Source: Methanobacteriota archaeon (GTDB lineage: Archaea; Thermoplasmatota; Thermoplasmata; SG8-5; JAGLSY01). Taken from it: a DNA stretch of 64,000 bases. Each line of letters starts with the position of its first letter. Position 1 is the stretch's first letter. The position numbers and the translations under genes are program-made. The stretch spans positions 72,311 to 136,310 of the forward strand of contig JAEHCQ010000005.1 of assembly GCA_020696385.1 (NCBI GenBank). Direction: 5' to 3'. Of the stretch, positions 35,954 through 44,542 are shown one piece after another. Below the pieces are notes generated by a model that saw only the letters and a program-made list of their open reading frames with translations, was not told the DNA's origin and did not search any database.

Positions 35954-38900
35954 ATGTGGCTGCGAAAGGTAACCTGCATTTTCATCATATTGGCGGTTAT
36001 GCTATCTGGCTTTCAAATAAGTGTCGGCCAGGAAAATGATCTGAACCAAGATGATGACACCCCTATTACCTTCCGTTGCGCCATTGATAGAATATATAAC
36101 ACCAATCCTCTCGAGGAAGACAAGGTCAGCTGGAAAGCGCTCGGTCTCGTTTACGAGGGAGCCACAAAGTATAACCTGGAAACCGGCCGCCTTGACCCGT
36201 ATATAGCGGTTGGCTCTGCCAATGAGTCACGCAAATCTTCAAACATAACCTGGGAAGATTGCACTGTGGACAACTTCGGCTACAGCAAAAAGATCCTCTG
36301 GGAGAATCAGAGCAAGCCGGAGATGATCATCTTCTATGATTTTGAGAACGTATACTGGCATGATGATGTGCAGATGAGCATACGTGACATCATGTTCTCC
36401 TTCCATGCCCATGCAACTTCCCAGTACTCATCTCTTGGACATCCACTGATAGATGAAAATAACTATTCAGTAGATCAATGGATGTCAATCAACATCATCT
36501 GGGAATCGGATGATTCATCCAAGGCCGCGTTGAAATTCGTTTTGCAGAAACCGTACTACAGTGTCTTCTTGCATTATCTCTCATTACCCATCCTACCCTA
36601 TCACATTTGGGGGAGCAAGGTAGGCAACCAGCAAGAAGATGGAACCAGGATCTGGTATGATGAAGATTACGACAGTTCCTTGAATGGCACTGCCTGGAAA
36701 CCAACACTAGCTAAATCTTGGAGTAATGGCCAGCCCATCGGGAGCGGCCCTTTCAAGTGGGGAGAATTAGAGGAAGATAGGTTAACTTTAGTCACGTGGA
36801 GGAAGCATTTTTACAAATCCGGATACAAGTATGACGACCTGGCATCCCAACCTAATATCGATGAGATTTCTTTCAGATTTTATAATAGACGGGATCAAGC
36901 GATATCAGACTTGGAAAACAACGATATTGATTACATAGGATGGACCATGGATGAATCTGATCTCAATCAGTTTTCGAGGGATCCTGATCTGGAGTTCAAT
37001 TATCTGAAAGGTGCAGTGATGGTTGATATAATATACAATATGAGAAAGAAGTCATTTGGATACGATTTGAAGTGGCCAGCATCAGGCATCGATCTCGGGA
37101 AACCCCTCAGAAGGGCCATCGCCCATTGCGTGGATAATGAGGCAATAAATTCTATGACTGATTTCGCCACCGAAGGAGAAAATTTAGGCTTGTTCTATAA
37201 TTGGAATAATATCTCTGCTCCGCGATATGCGTTCGACCCCAATGAAGCAGTGAGTATTCTGAAAAAAGCGGGGTATCTGCTGGAGAACTCGTCATCGCCT
37301 CCTGGAAATGGTAATTGGTGGCTCAATCCTGATGGCACCACTATAGGCAGTAGCCTTGACGGCACAATAGAGCTACTTATTTCCAGGCAAGAACAGGATC
37401 AATTGATGTTCCAGATCGGCACTATGGTAACCCAAGAGTTGAGAAAAATCGGGATTAACATAGAGCTTGTTCCACTGGAAACTGGTGAATTATGGGGGAG
37501 GATCTTCGCCGGAGAATTTGATATGTGCGTTGTGGCACAGGATTATGAGACCCCCATCGATATACTGACTGTGCCCGTTTATTACCCTCATTTATATAAT
37601 AAGCCGCCCAGAATTATCCAATACACCACCACCTATGACAGTAGTCCTTCTCCGAAAAATGGGGCAAATAATGTCGACCCAGATCGAGCACGTTTACGCG
37701 TTTTCGTATCTGACCCTGACGGAGACCCTATAACTGTCAGATTCTATAATTCTATAACCCAGAAACTAATAGGAACAGACATAATCTATTGGGATACCGA
37801 GGAGGGTGTTCAAGCTAGTGTCTGGTGGCCCGATCTCAAAGGCCACACTGATTACTCCTGGTATGTCATTGCGAATGATACGTTTTCCAAGGTACAATCA
37901 CAAACCTGGAGTTTCACCACCAAGACCGGAACCCGAGGAGGTTCTTCTGTCGAAGTAGAGGGTTTTCCGGACATATACCTGAAAAGACCTGAAAATTATT
38001 TCTTCAGCTCTTTCCATTCTGATAATATATACGATGGTTCAAACCTCTACGGGTATCAGAATGCATCGTTTGACCGGTTAATAGAGGATGCCATGTTTTC
38101 AATTGATAGAGATGTGGAAATTCAGCTTGCCCGAGATGCAGTCACTGCCCTGGCATATGATCTACCGAAGGAGCATCTGTATTATCAGTACAAATACGAA
38201 GTTCACAGGTGCGATACCTTTGTGAACTACATCGACGACGGCTCCGGCTCTCTTCTGAACCCCAGATCCATAGCCAGGATAAGGCCCCCTGAGAAGAACC
38301 AAATGAATGTCCGCTTCACCACGATACCTCTCCTAACCATATCGGATTACATGTCCCTGGTGAGAGTGAGAGTAACCGACCAGCACGGGAGATCCATCAG
38401 CGATGCACAGGTCACCATGGGGTCCTCATCAGGAAACTTATCCGCATACAGCGGGCTGACTGATGAGCAGGGCTACTTCACCACCGTCTTCACCGCGCCC
38501 AATGTTCTCCCCGGGACGAACTCATCCAACGGAACGCCTGTGATGGTATCTATATTGCCCGTATCAAAGGAAGGCTACCTGGATGCAGCAGGTAGGGAAT
38601 CGGCAATACTGGTATACCCGGAAAACTACGTAACTCTCTATGTCGAAGCCAATGCTGAAACGGATGTGATAGAGGACCGCATCTCCACCAGCCAGGCAGG
38701 GCACACCGACATTCGTGTCAGAGTCACCGACCAGCATGGAAACCCCGTTGCCAGTGCGTCGGTCATAGTCGAGCTTGATGGTGCACGGATGTTCCTGGAC
38801 CCTCCAAACGGGACCACGGATTACCAGGGATATCTCAAGCTGAAGATAACCGCCACCGAAGTGAATGAGACCGAGGAATGCAGGATCACCATAAGAGCCT

Positions 38901-39088
38901 CCAGGGACGGGTTCCTGGATGGTCAGCAACAGATCACACTGACGATATTGCCCGTCGATTTGACTGTTTACACCATCACGACACAGAACAATAGCTGGCT
39001 CATCATCATGCTCGTGGGATCCGCCGCTGCTTTGGCAGTGGCGGCATTTGTCTTATCGAAGAGAAAGAAGAGAAAGAAAAAAAGTTGA
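35954..39088 (+). CDS. Family-5 (peptide/nickel) ABC substrate-binding protein with Ig-like domains and C-terminal TM anchor
   Basis: WHD....SIRDIMFS, ILPYHIW, PIGSGPFK, LRRAIAH, YQNASFD. Big_1-like VRVTDQHG repeats. Confidence 0.85.
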   Translation: MWLRKVTCIFIILAVMLSGFQISVGQENDLNQDDDTPITFRCAIDRIYNTNPLEEDKVSWKALGLVYEGATKYNLETGRLDPYIAVGSANESRKSSNITWEDCTVDNFGYSKKILWENQSKPEMIIFYDFENVYWHDDVQMSIRDIMFSFHAHATSQYSSLGHPLIDENNYSVDQWMSINIIWESDDSSKAALKFVLQKPYYSVFLHYLSLPILPYHIWGSKVGNQQEDGTRIWYDEDYDSSLNGTAWKPTLAKSWSNGQPIGSGPFKWGELEEDRLTLVTWRKHFYKSGYKYDDLASQPNIDEISFRFYNRRDQAISDLENNDIDYIGWTMDESDLNQFSRDPDLEFNYLKGAVMVDIIYNMRKKSFGYDLKWPASGIDLGKPLRRAIAHCVDNEAINSMTDFATEGENLGLFYNWNNISAPRYAFDPNEAVSILKKAGYLLENSSSPPGNGNWWLNPDGTTIGSSLDGTIELLISRQEQDQLMFQIGTMVTQELRKIGINIELVPLETGELWGRIFAGEFDMCVVAQDYETPIDILTVPVYYPHLYNKPPRIIQYTTTYDSSPSPKNGANNVDPDRARLRVFVSDPDGDPITVRFYNSITQKLIGTDIIYWDTEEGVQASVWWPDLKGHTDYSWYVIANDTFSKVQSQTWSFTTKTGTRGGSSVEVEGFPDIYLKRPENYFFSSFHSDNIYDGSNLYGYQNASFDRLIEDAMFSIDRDVEIQLARDAVTALAYDLPKEHLYYQYKYEVHRCDTFVNYIDDGSGSLLNPRSIARIRPPEKNQMNVRFTTIPLLTISDYMSLVRVRVTDQHGRSISDAQVTMGSSSGNLSAYSGLTDEQGYFTTVFTAPNVLPGTNSSNGTPVMVSILPVSKEGYLDAAGRESAILVYPENYVTLYVEANAETDVIEDRISTSQAGHTDIRVRVTDQHGNPVASASVIVELDGARMFLDPPNGTTDYQGYLKLKITATEVNETEECRITIRASRDGFLDGQQQITLTILPVDLTVYTITTQNNSWLIIMLVGSAAALAVAAFVLSKRKKRKKKS

Positions 39089-39124
39089 ACTCTTCGATGA
39101 TCATTCTTCTAATGAATTGGATGC

Positions 39125-39805
39125 TTAGATGTCCTCTTCTTCATCCTCATTCTTGACCCGATCTTCAATATCTTCCTTATCAAGTCCCTTGTACCCCAGC
39201 GCGATAATGTATATCTCCGAGCTGGCACTTCTTGAAGCAATGGGAGAATGGCGTTTCGCCATTCTAAATCTTGTTCGGATCTCTTTATGGAAGAAATCAT
39301 GGGTCATGTCCCCATCAAAAACCTTGACAACATAGCCACCACCAGGCCTCAGATACTTCTCTGCAAAGGACAATGAAAGCTCTGCTAATTCTATCGATAC
39401 CGCGTGATCCATACTGTAATTTCCACTTATATTAGGGGACATATCTGAAATGACAACATTGATCTTGATATCTTTCTCTCGCTCCTTTGCCAGGATATCG
39501 TCGATCATCTTTTTCACGCGCTCGGACTTGGCATTCCCCCTGATGAGATGGACATTCTTAATCGGTTCGATGGGTTTCAGATCAATGCCTATCACCAGAC
39601 CCTCTTCACCAACAAGCTCCTTGGCCATTTGACACCAACCACCCGGATTGGCTCCGAGATCGATCACGATATCGCCCTCTTTAATTATGCGATATCTCTC
39701 GCACATCTGCCTGAGCTTGAAGGCCGCACGGCTCCTGTAATTCTCGGACTTTGCCTTTTTATAGAAATAATCACGTCTTCTATTAGCCTGCCAATTCTTT
39801 CCCAT
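39125..39805 (-). CDS. rlmE: 23S rRNA Um2552 methyltransferase RlmE/RrmJ
   Basis: YRSRAAFKL, DLGANPGGW, SDMSPNISG, VKVF, SR..SSEIY. Confidence 0.94.
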   Translation of the reverse strand: MGKNWQANRRRDYFYKKAKSENYRSRAAFKLRQMCERYRIIKEGDIVIDLGANPGGWCQMAKELVGEEGLVIGIDLKPIEPIKNVHLIRGNAKSERVKKMIDDILAKEREKDIKINVVISDMSPNISGNYSMDHAVSIELAELSLSFAEKYLRPGGGYVVKVFDGDMTHDFFHKEIRTRFRMAKRHSPIASRSASSEIYIIALGYKGLDKEDIEDRVKNEDEEEDI

Positions 39806-39838
39806 ATCTCTAACTCCATTCCGCATCTTTCACTTTAT

Positions 39839-40426
39839 TCAAATACCCAATTTAGTCTGCTTCGTATCTATCACGAGATTACTCGCAGAGAACTTATTGA
39901 TTATAAAATGTAGTATCATATCATTTAATTCATCATCATACGTTCTTATTGATACATAGGCCGGGTCATTGTACCTGGTCTTGATACCCCGTTTGCTCAG
40001 GATCTTCTTGACCTCGGACCTTTCCTCACTGGATATTTTTTTAACACCATTGCCTGGATTTGTACCAATGCCAGCCCTTTCAAGTTCTTCAAGGAAGACT
40101 GGTCTTCGGAATAGCTTCTGGAAGCTGTAAACTGCGAATGCCATCCTGTCATCCTTATTCATGTCAAGATCTATACAATAGGAACCAATGGTCTCGTAAA
40201 TATCCATATCCACCTTGAGAGGGACTGAATATACCTTTGATGGAGGTATGTCCTTGGCCTTGACAACATTCAGATCCTCCATCGCTCTTAGGTATCCTGT
40301 CAAAATAAGGCGGTGTATGTCATAGCCCTCATCTTTGAGAAGTCGATGTAAGCTCGAAATAGATCTATCTTCACTTTTCAAAGAATCAAGGATTATTTCT
40401 TTGAATGTTTTGTCTGGGATGAACAT
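39839..40426 (-). CDS. Winged-helix-like hypothetical protein, putative regulator
   Basis: SISSLHRLL..HRLILTGYLRAMEDLNVV..PPSKVY pattern resembles wHTH. Divergent from nrdD. Confidence 0.6.
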   Translation of the reverse strand: MFIPDKTFKEIILDSLKSEDRSISSLHRLLKDEGYDIHRLILTGYLRAMEDLNVVKAKDIPPSKVYSVPLKVDMDIYETIGSYCIDLDMNKDDRMAFAVYSFQKLFRRPVFLEELERAGIGTNPGNGVKKISSEERSEVKKILSKRGIKTRYNDPAYVSIRTYDDELNDMILHFIINKFSASNLVIDTKQTKLGI

Positions 40427-40635
40427 CTGGTAACCAACATGGTAACAGACCTGATAATAAATAAAACCATCGGCCTTAAATCCTGTTACCAGACCTAGTT
40501 CAAAAATCTCTTTAAACCATAGATGTTATGACATGTTTCCACATCCCTGACATTATATTCTGTCACACGCACACTAAGAATATTAACTGTAGCCAGTGAC
40601 AAAATACAATGCCAGATTAAGGCAGGGAGGAGGCC

Positions 40636-40679
40636 GATACAACGTTCGTTGTATAATGATACAACAGCCGCTGTATAAT
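40636..40679. promoter_or_regulatory. Two tandem 22-bp semi-palindromic sites upstream of nrdD
   Basis: GATACAACgttcGTTGTATAAT and GATACAACagccGCTGTATAAT. Confidence 0.65.
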
Positions 40680-40696
40680 AGTGGAGGGTGTTCGTT

Positions 40697-42808
40697 ATGA
40701 AGCCAGCACAGACCAAGGAAGGAAGGAAATCTCAAGGAGGGATGGGAATTGGGAACCCGGAATCGACAGAGTTATCTCTGTTCGTGAGAACCTCTGATGA
40801 GGACATCAAAGGATGGGATAAAGCAAAGATCCATGATGCCCTCATAAAGGAAACTAGTATCAGTGAGGATGCGGCGTCCATTGTGGCAAGAGAGGTCGAG
40901 AAGCTTATTATCAATCTAGAACTGGATTATATCACAGCTCCCTTAATAAGAGAGTTGACCAATGCAAAATTGGTAGAGTATGGTCTAGCACAGATAAGAA
41001 AGCAACATACGAGACTCGGCGTCCCATTGTATGATGCAAGGCAGATCATCATAAGCCCGAACAAGGAAAATGCCAATGTCCCACATGGTCCAGAGGCAAC
41101 GAACCTCACCCTCGCAGAGAACATAAAGAAGGAATTCGCTCTGATAGAAATATTCGAACCATCTATCGCAGATGCTCACATGAAGGGTGAGATACACCTT
41201 CATGATCTGGGCATGATAGACAGGCCATATTGTAGTGGCCAGTCCATCGAATATGTGAAGAAGTTCGGATTGAATCTACCGGGAGCAATGTCCATAGCGA
41301 AGCCAGCCAAACATCCGGATGTTCTAATAGAACACGTTGTGAAGTTCTCGGCCGCTCTGCAGGGGCATTTCGCCGGAGCTATCGGATGGGATGCCTTCAA
41401 CCTCTTCCTGGCACCTTACCTGGAAAATGTAGATGATGTGAAAATGAAACAGCTTGCACAGATACTGGTGTACGAGTTCGCACAGCAAGCTGTCGCAAGG
41501 GGCGGTCAATCGATATTCAGTGATCTGAACCTCTATTGGGAAGTTCCCAAGCACTTTGAGAATGTGGAGGCAATAGGCCCAGGCGGAGTTAACCTGGGTC
41601 ATTCCTATGCCGAATACCTTCCCGAAGCGCAGAGGTTCGTAGATGCGCTGTTCGATGTCTATCTGGAAGGAGATGCCATGGGTCGCCCCTTCTTTTTCCC
41701 CAAGCCCAATGTGCACATGACGGAGAAATTCTTCAATAGTGATGGCCATGAAGAATTCCTGAACAAGATATGCACCGTGGCTTCCGAGAAGGGAAATACC
41801 TATTTCGTTTTCGACAGAGGGGACACAGCGAAGATCAGCGAGTGCTGCCGCCTGACATTCAAACTGGAGCAGGGAGATCTGGAAGATGCAAAGACACCCT
41901 GGAAGATGAGATACTCCGCTATTCAGAATGTGACGATCAACCTTCCGAGGATAGCCTATGAGGCGAATATGGACGATGCAAGGCTCTTCGAGCTCATTAC
42001 GGAGAGGATCGAGCTCGTTGCCAATGCTCATGTGAGGAAAAAAGATTTCATCGTAAAACTCCTGGGAATGGGCAAATACGGTCCGCTATCATTATTGGCG
42101 ATGGAATTGGACGGGGAACCATATTACAGAATGCACAGAGCCACCTTCCTGGTTGGAATGCTGGGTCTGAACGAGATGGTGCAGTTCCATACTGGTGATC
42201 AGATGCATGAGAACAAGGATGCGCTGATGTTCGGCCTGAAGATAATCGCTTACATGAACAAGGAGGCCGAAAGAATTGGGGAAAAATACGGCATAAAGAT
42301 GCCACTGGAGCAAACCCCGGCAGAATCAACCGCCTACAGGATGGCAAAATTGGACATGAAATACTACCCACTCCAGGCACCCACCACGATAAGAGGTGAC
42401 AAGAGCACTGGGGAGATATACTACACAAATTCCACTTACATGAATGTGGGAATTGAGCAGAATCCAATTGATAAGGTGAAGAAAGAGGGATTATTCCACC
42501 CCCTGATAGAAGCAGGAGCACTTACCCATGTCTGGCTGGGAGAAAGTAAACCCAATCCGGACAGTCTTGCCAATTTTGTGAAGAAGACGATGTGGAATAC
42601 CCAGAACACGCAGATAGCCTTCAGTCCAGAGTTCACATCATGTCTGGATTGCGGGAGGACCATGAGAGGGCTGAGTGAGGCGTGTCCCAAATGCTCTTCA
42701 TTGAATGTGGAAGGCATAACGAGGGTGACAGGCTTTTTCTCCAAAGTGGGATCATGGAACAAGGGCAAGACCGGGGAGCTGAACGATAGGTTCAAAGCAG
42801 ATATTTAG
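40697..42808 (+). CDS. nrdD: Anaerobic (class III) ribonucleoside-triphosphate reductase
   Basis: ATP-cone, HLHDL..PYC, SECCRL, TINLPR, TPAEST, YYTNS, zinc site CLDC..CPKC, RVTGF glycyl-radical motif. Confidence 0.95.
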   Translation: MKPAQTKEGRKSQGGMGIGNPESTELSLFVRTSDEDIKGWDKAKIHDALIKETSISEDAASIVAREVEKLIINLELDYITAPLIRELTNAKLVEYGLAQIRKQHTRLGVPLYDARQIIISPNKENANVPHGPEATNLTLAENIKKEFALIEIFEPSIADAHMKGEIHLHDLGMIDRPYCSGQSIEYVKKFGLNLPGAMSIAKPAKHPDVLIEHVVKFSAALQGHFAGAIGWDAFNLFLAPYLENVDDVKMKQLAQILVYEFAQQAVARGGQSIFSDLNLYWEVPKHFENVEAIGPGGVNLGHSYAEYLPEAQRFVDALFDVYLEGDAMGRPFFFPKPNVHMTEKFFNSDGHEEFLNKICTVASEKGNTYFVFDRGDTAKISECCRLTFKLEQGDLEDAKTPWKMRYSAIQNVTINLPRIAYEANMDDARLFELITERIELVANAHVRKKDFIVKLLGMGKYGPLSLLAMELDGEPYYRMHRATFLVGMLGLNEMVQFHTGDQMHENKDALMFGLKIIAYMNKEAERIGEKYGIKMPLEQTPAESTAYRMAKLDMKYYPLQAPTTIRGDKSTGEIYYTNSTYMNVGIEQNPIDKVKKEGLFHPLIEAGALTHVWLGESKPNPDSLANFVKKTMWNTQNTQIAFSPEFTSCLDCGRTMRGLSEACPKCSSLNVEGITRVTGFFSKVGSWNKGKTGELNDRFKADI

Positions 42809-42842
42809 TGATCACTAATCATATATCACGATTAACTCCCCC

Positions 42843-42893
42843 TTTTTTTTTGTAAACTGAGAGCGCGGGCTCGCGCTCTCGTTTACAAAAAAA
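42843..42893. terminator. Long hairpin with T/A flanks (bidirectional terminator-like or repeat element)
   Basis: T-run-GTAAAC(T)GAGAGCGCG-ggct-CGCGCTCTC-GTTTAC-A-run. Second hairpin CCTTGGC/GCCAAGG at 42908-42929. Confidence 0.65.
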
Positions 42894-42947
42894 GTAAGAT
42901 TGAATATCCTTGGCAGCTTACGGCCAAGGGCAGGGCATCAACCCCAA

Positions 42948-42986
42948 TTAAATTGATTTGCATTGAAGCAGAGCATCGCCGATCCC
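42948..42986. repeat. 39-bp direct repeat, copy 1
   Basis: TTAAATTGATTTGCATTGAAGCAGAGCATCGCCGATCCC, identical to 43413-43451. Confidence 0.95.
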
Positions 42987-42995
42987 AAAGACAGT

Positions 42996-43370
42996 CTAAT
43001 CAAACCCCTTTGCAAAGAATATCACAAATGATATCATGCCCATTATCATGCTTGGCCATATCAAGGTAACCATCAAGAATAATGAGCCTATCAAAGCGAC
43101 ATCATACCTGTCCTTCTTATATGCAATAAATGCAAATGACAATGCCAGTAAACTAAATATCACTGAAATAAAAGCACATGGTTGATTGGTCTCAAAAAAA
43201 CCACCGCCTATCATTCCCATACCTGCATCATTATCCTCCTGAATTGGATCATGATATAATATTGAATATGTGAGAGAGAATAATGAGCCAATGATAAGAA
43301 GTGCAAGCCCTAATTTGATAATAGGATTGAACTTATCTATTCGTTTAGATAATGATTTTTTATTCTGCAT
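42996..43370 (-). CDS. AT-rich small membrane protein between direct repeats
   Basis: 124-aa ORF with 3-4 TM segments; AT-rich composition. Confidence 0.7.
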   Translation of the reverse strand: MQNKKSLSKRIDKFNPIIKLGLALLIIGSLFSLTYSILYHDPIQEDNDAGMGMIGGGFFETNQPCAFISVIFSLLALSFAFIAYKKDRYDVALIGSLFLMVTLIWPSMIMGMISFVIFFAKGFD

Positions 43371-43412
43371 CGATTACAAATCCCCACGGCTCTAGTAAAT
43401 AGCAATCCCAAG

Positions 43413-43451
43413 TTAAATTGATTTGCATTGAAGCAGAGCATCGCCGATCCC
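43413..43451. repeat. 39-bp direct repeat, copy 2 (overlaps hairpin 43444-43468)
   Basis: Identical to 42948-42986; continues into CCGATCCCG-7nt-CGGGATCGG. Confidence 0.95.
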
Positions 43452-43487
43452 GAATTAAACGGGATCGGTTGGCTAGACGTCTGGACA

Positions 43488-43715
43488 CTACTTAATAGTC
43501 GCGAACTGAAGTAGAACATTCATTCCCTTCAGTTTCTTCTGGACCTTGTCCACGAAATCAATGACCTGGGTAGGAACGATGTCCTTTCCCTTCCAATCAT
43601 ATACGAAATCATGGCTTCCAAGTGTTGTATTGAAACCAAGGTCGATCAGAGTATTCGTGACTTCTGAAGCAAGACCGCCATCGCTGTTCAAGGTAACTGT
43701 AACATATGTTTTCAT
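43488..43715 (-). CDS. Small hypothetical protein (75 aa)
   Basis: Clean ORF with AGGAGG Shine-Dalgarno; last gene of the aglB run. Confidence 0.8.
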   Translation of the reverse strand: MKTYVTVTLNSDGGLASEVTNTLIDLGFNTTLGSHDFVYDWKGKDIVPTQVIDFVDKVQKKLKGMNVLLQFATIK

Positions 43716-43735
43716 TTTTGATCCTCCTTATTACT

Positions 43736-44542
43736 TTACTTCCTCTTCTTTCCAGATGATGATTTCTTTCCAGACATCTTACCATTGATGATCACCATTC
43801 CGAAAAATAGCGCAGTTATGCCTAATATGATGTATAGCGTGGCTGACATATTGCTGCCTTCGACATAGAACTTGTCGTTTATCTCGATGTCACCCATGCC
43901 GGGGTCTGTTATGCCATCATCATTGACATCCACCAATACAGTGGATGTATGCCATCCATCTGCGATCTCCTCAGATACCCATTGGGAGCTCATCTTTGTG
44001 GAACCTCCGGCTGGCAGGTAGGCCAATGTATCAGTTGATATCAGATCATCATCAACATAGAACTCGACAGTTGCATTTCTTATATCCACATCTCCGGAAT
44101 TGAAGATCTCGGCAGATATGACTATTGGCTCAATGACCTTTATCTCGAATTCCCTGACATACCATAGTGCGCCAGATGGAGATGTTACATTGATTATCAT
44201 GACCATATCGCCAATATTTGACATGGCTCCTATGTTCGCACTGAATGTGTCATTTCCGGAAGTCAGATTACCTGCGATCGGTTCGATCTCCAGTGGTGAA
44301 GCTCCTGTTATGTTATCTGCATCGATATGGACACTGTATGCCCAGTTACGATCCTGTGGGTCCATCAGAGTGATCTCGTAGTTGGATGTACTATCCTGTG
44401 CCAGAATATCAGAACCTCTAACATGTATCCTTATATCATCCACATTTCCTTCAGCAGATACCACGGATCCCAGAAGGACCATGCTGATGAAGGTGAATGC
44501 GACGATCAAATGGACATACTTACCGCCGATCATCTTAACCAC
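43736..44542 (-). CDS. CARDB-domain membrane-anchored protein
   Basis: Signal peptide, ISAEIFNSGD...ATVEFYVDD motif, C-terminal TM plus basic tail. Overlaps the aglB stop. Confidence 0.8.
   Translation of the reverse strand: MVKMIGGKYVHLIVAFTFISMVLLGSVVSAEGNVDDIRIHVRGSDILAQDSTSNYEITLMDPQDRNWAYSVHIDADNITGASPLEIEPIAGNLTSGNDTFSANIGAMSNIGDMVMIINVTSPSGALWYVREFEIKVIEPIVISAEIFNSGDVDIRNATVEFYVDDDLISTDTLAYLPAGGSTKMSSQWVSEEIADGWHTSTVLVDVNDDGITDPGMGDIEINDKFYVEGSNMSATLYIILGITALFFGMVIINGKMSGKKSSSGKKRK

Noticed and set aside
14617-42808. Missing local partners: amrA/amrB for amrS, mutS for mutL, nrdG for nrdD, purL/purS for purQ
   Set aside because: These genes are often dispersed in archaea, so absence from one window is uninformative.
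42948-43451. 39-bp repeats as a CRISPR array
   Set aside because: Only two copies, 426 bp apart with a gene between them, and no cas genes.
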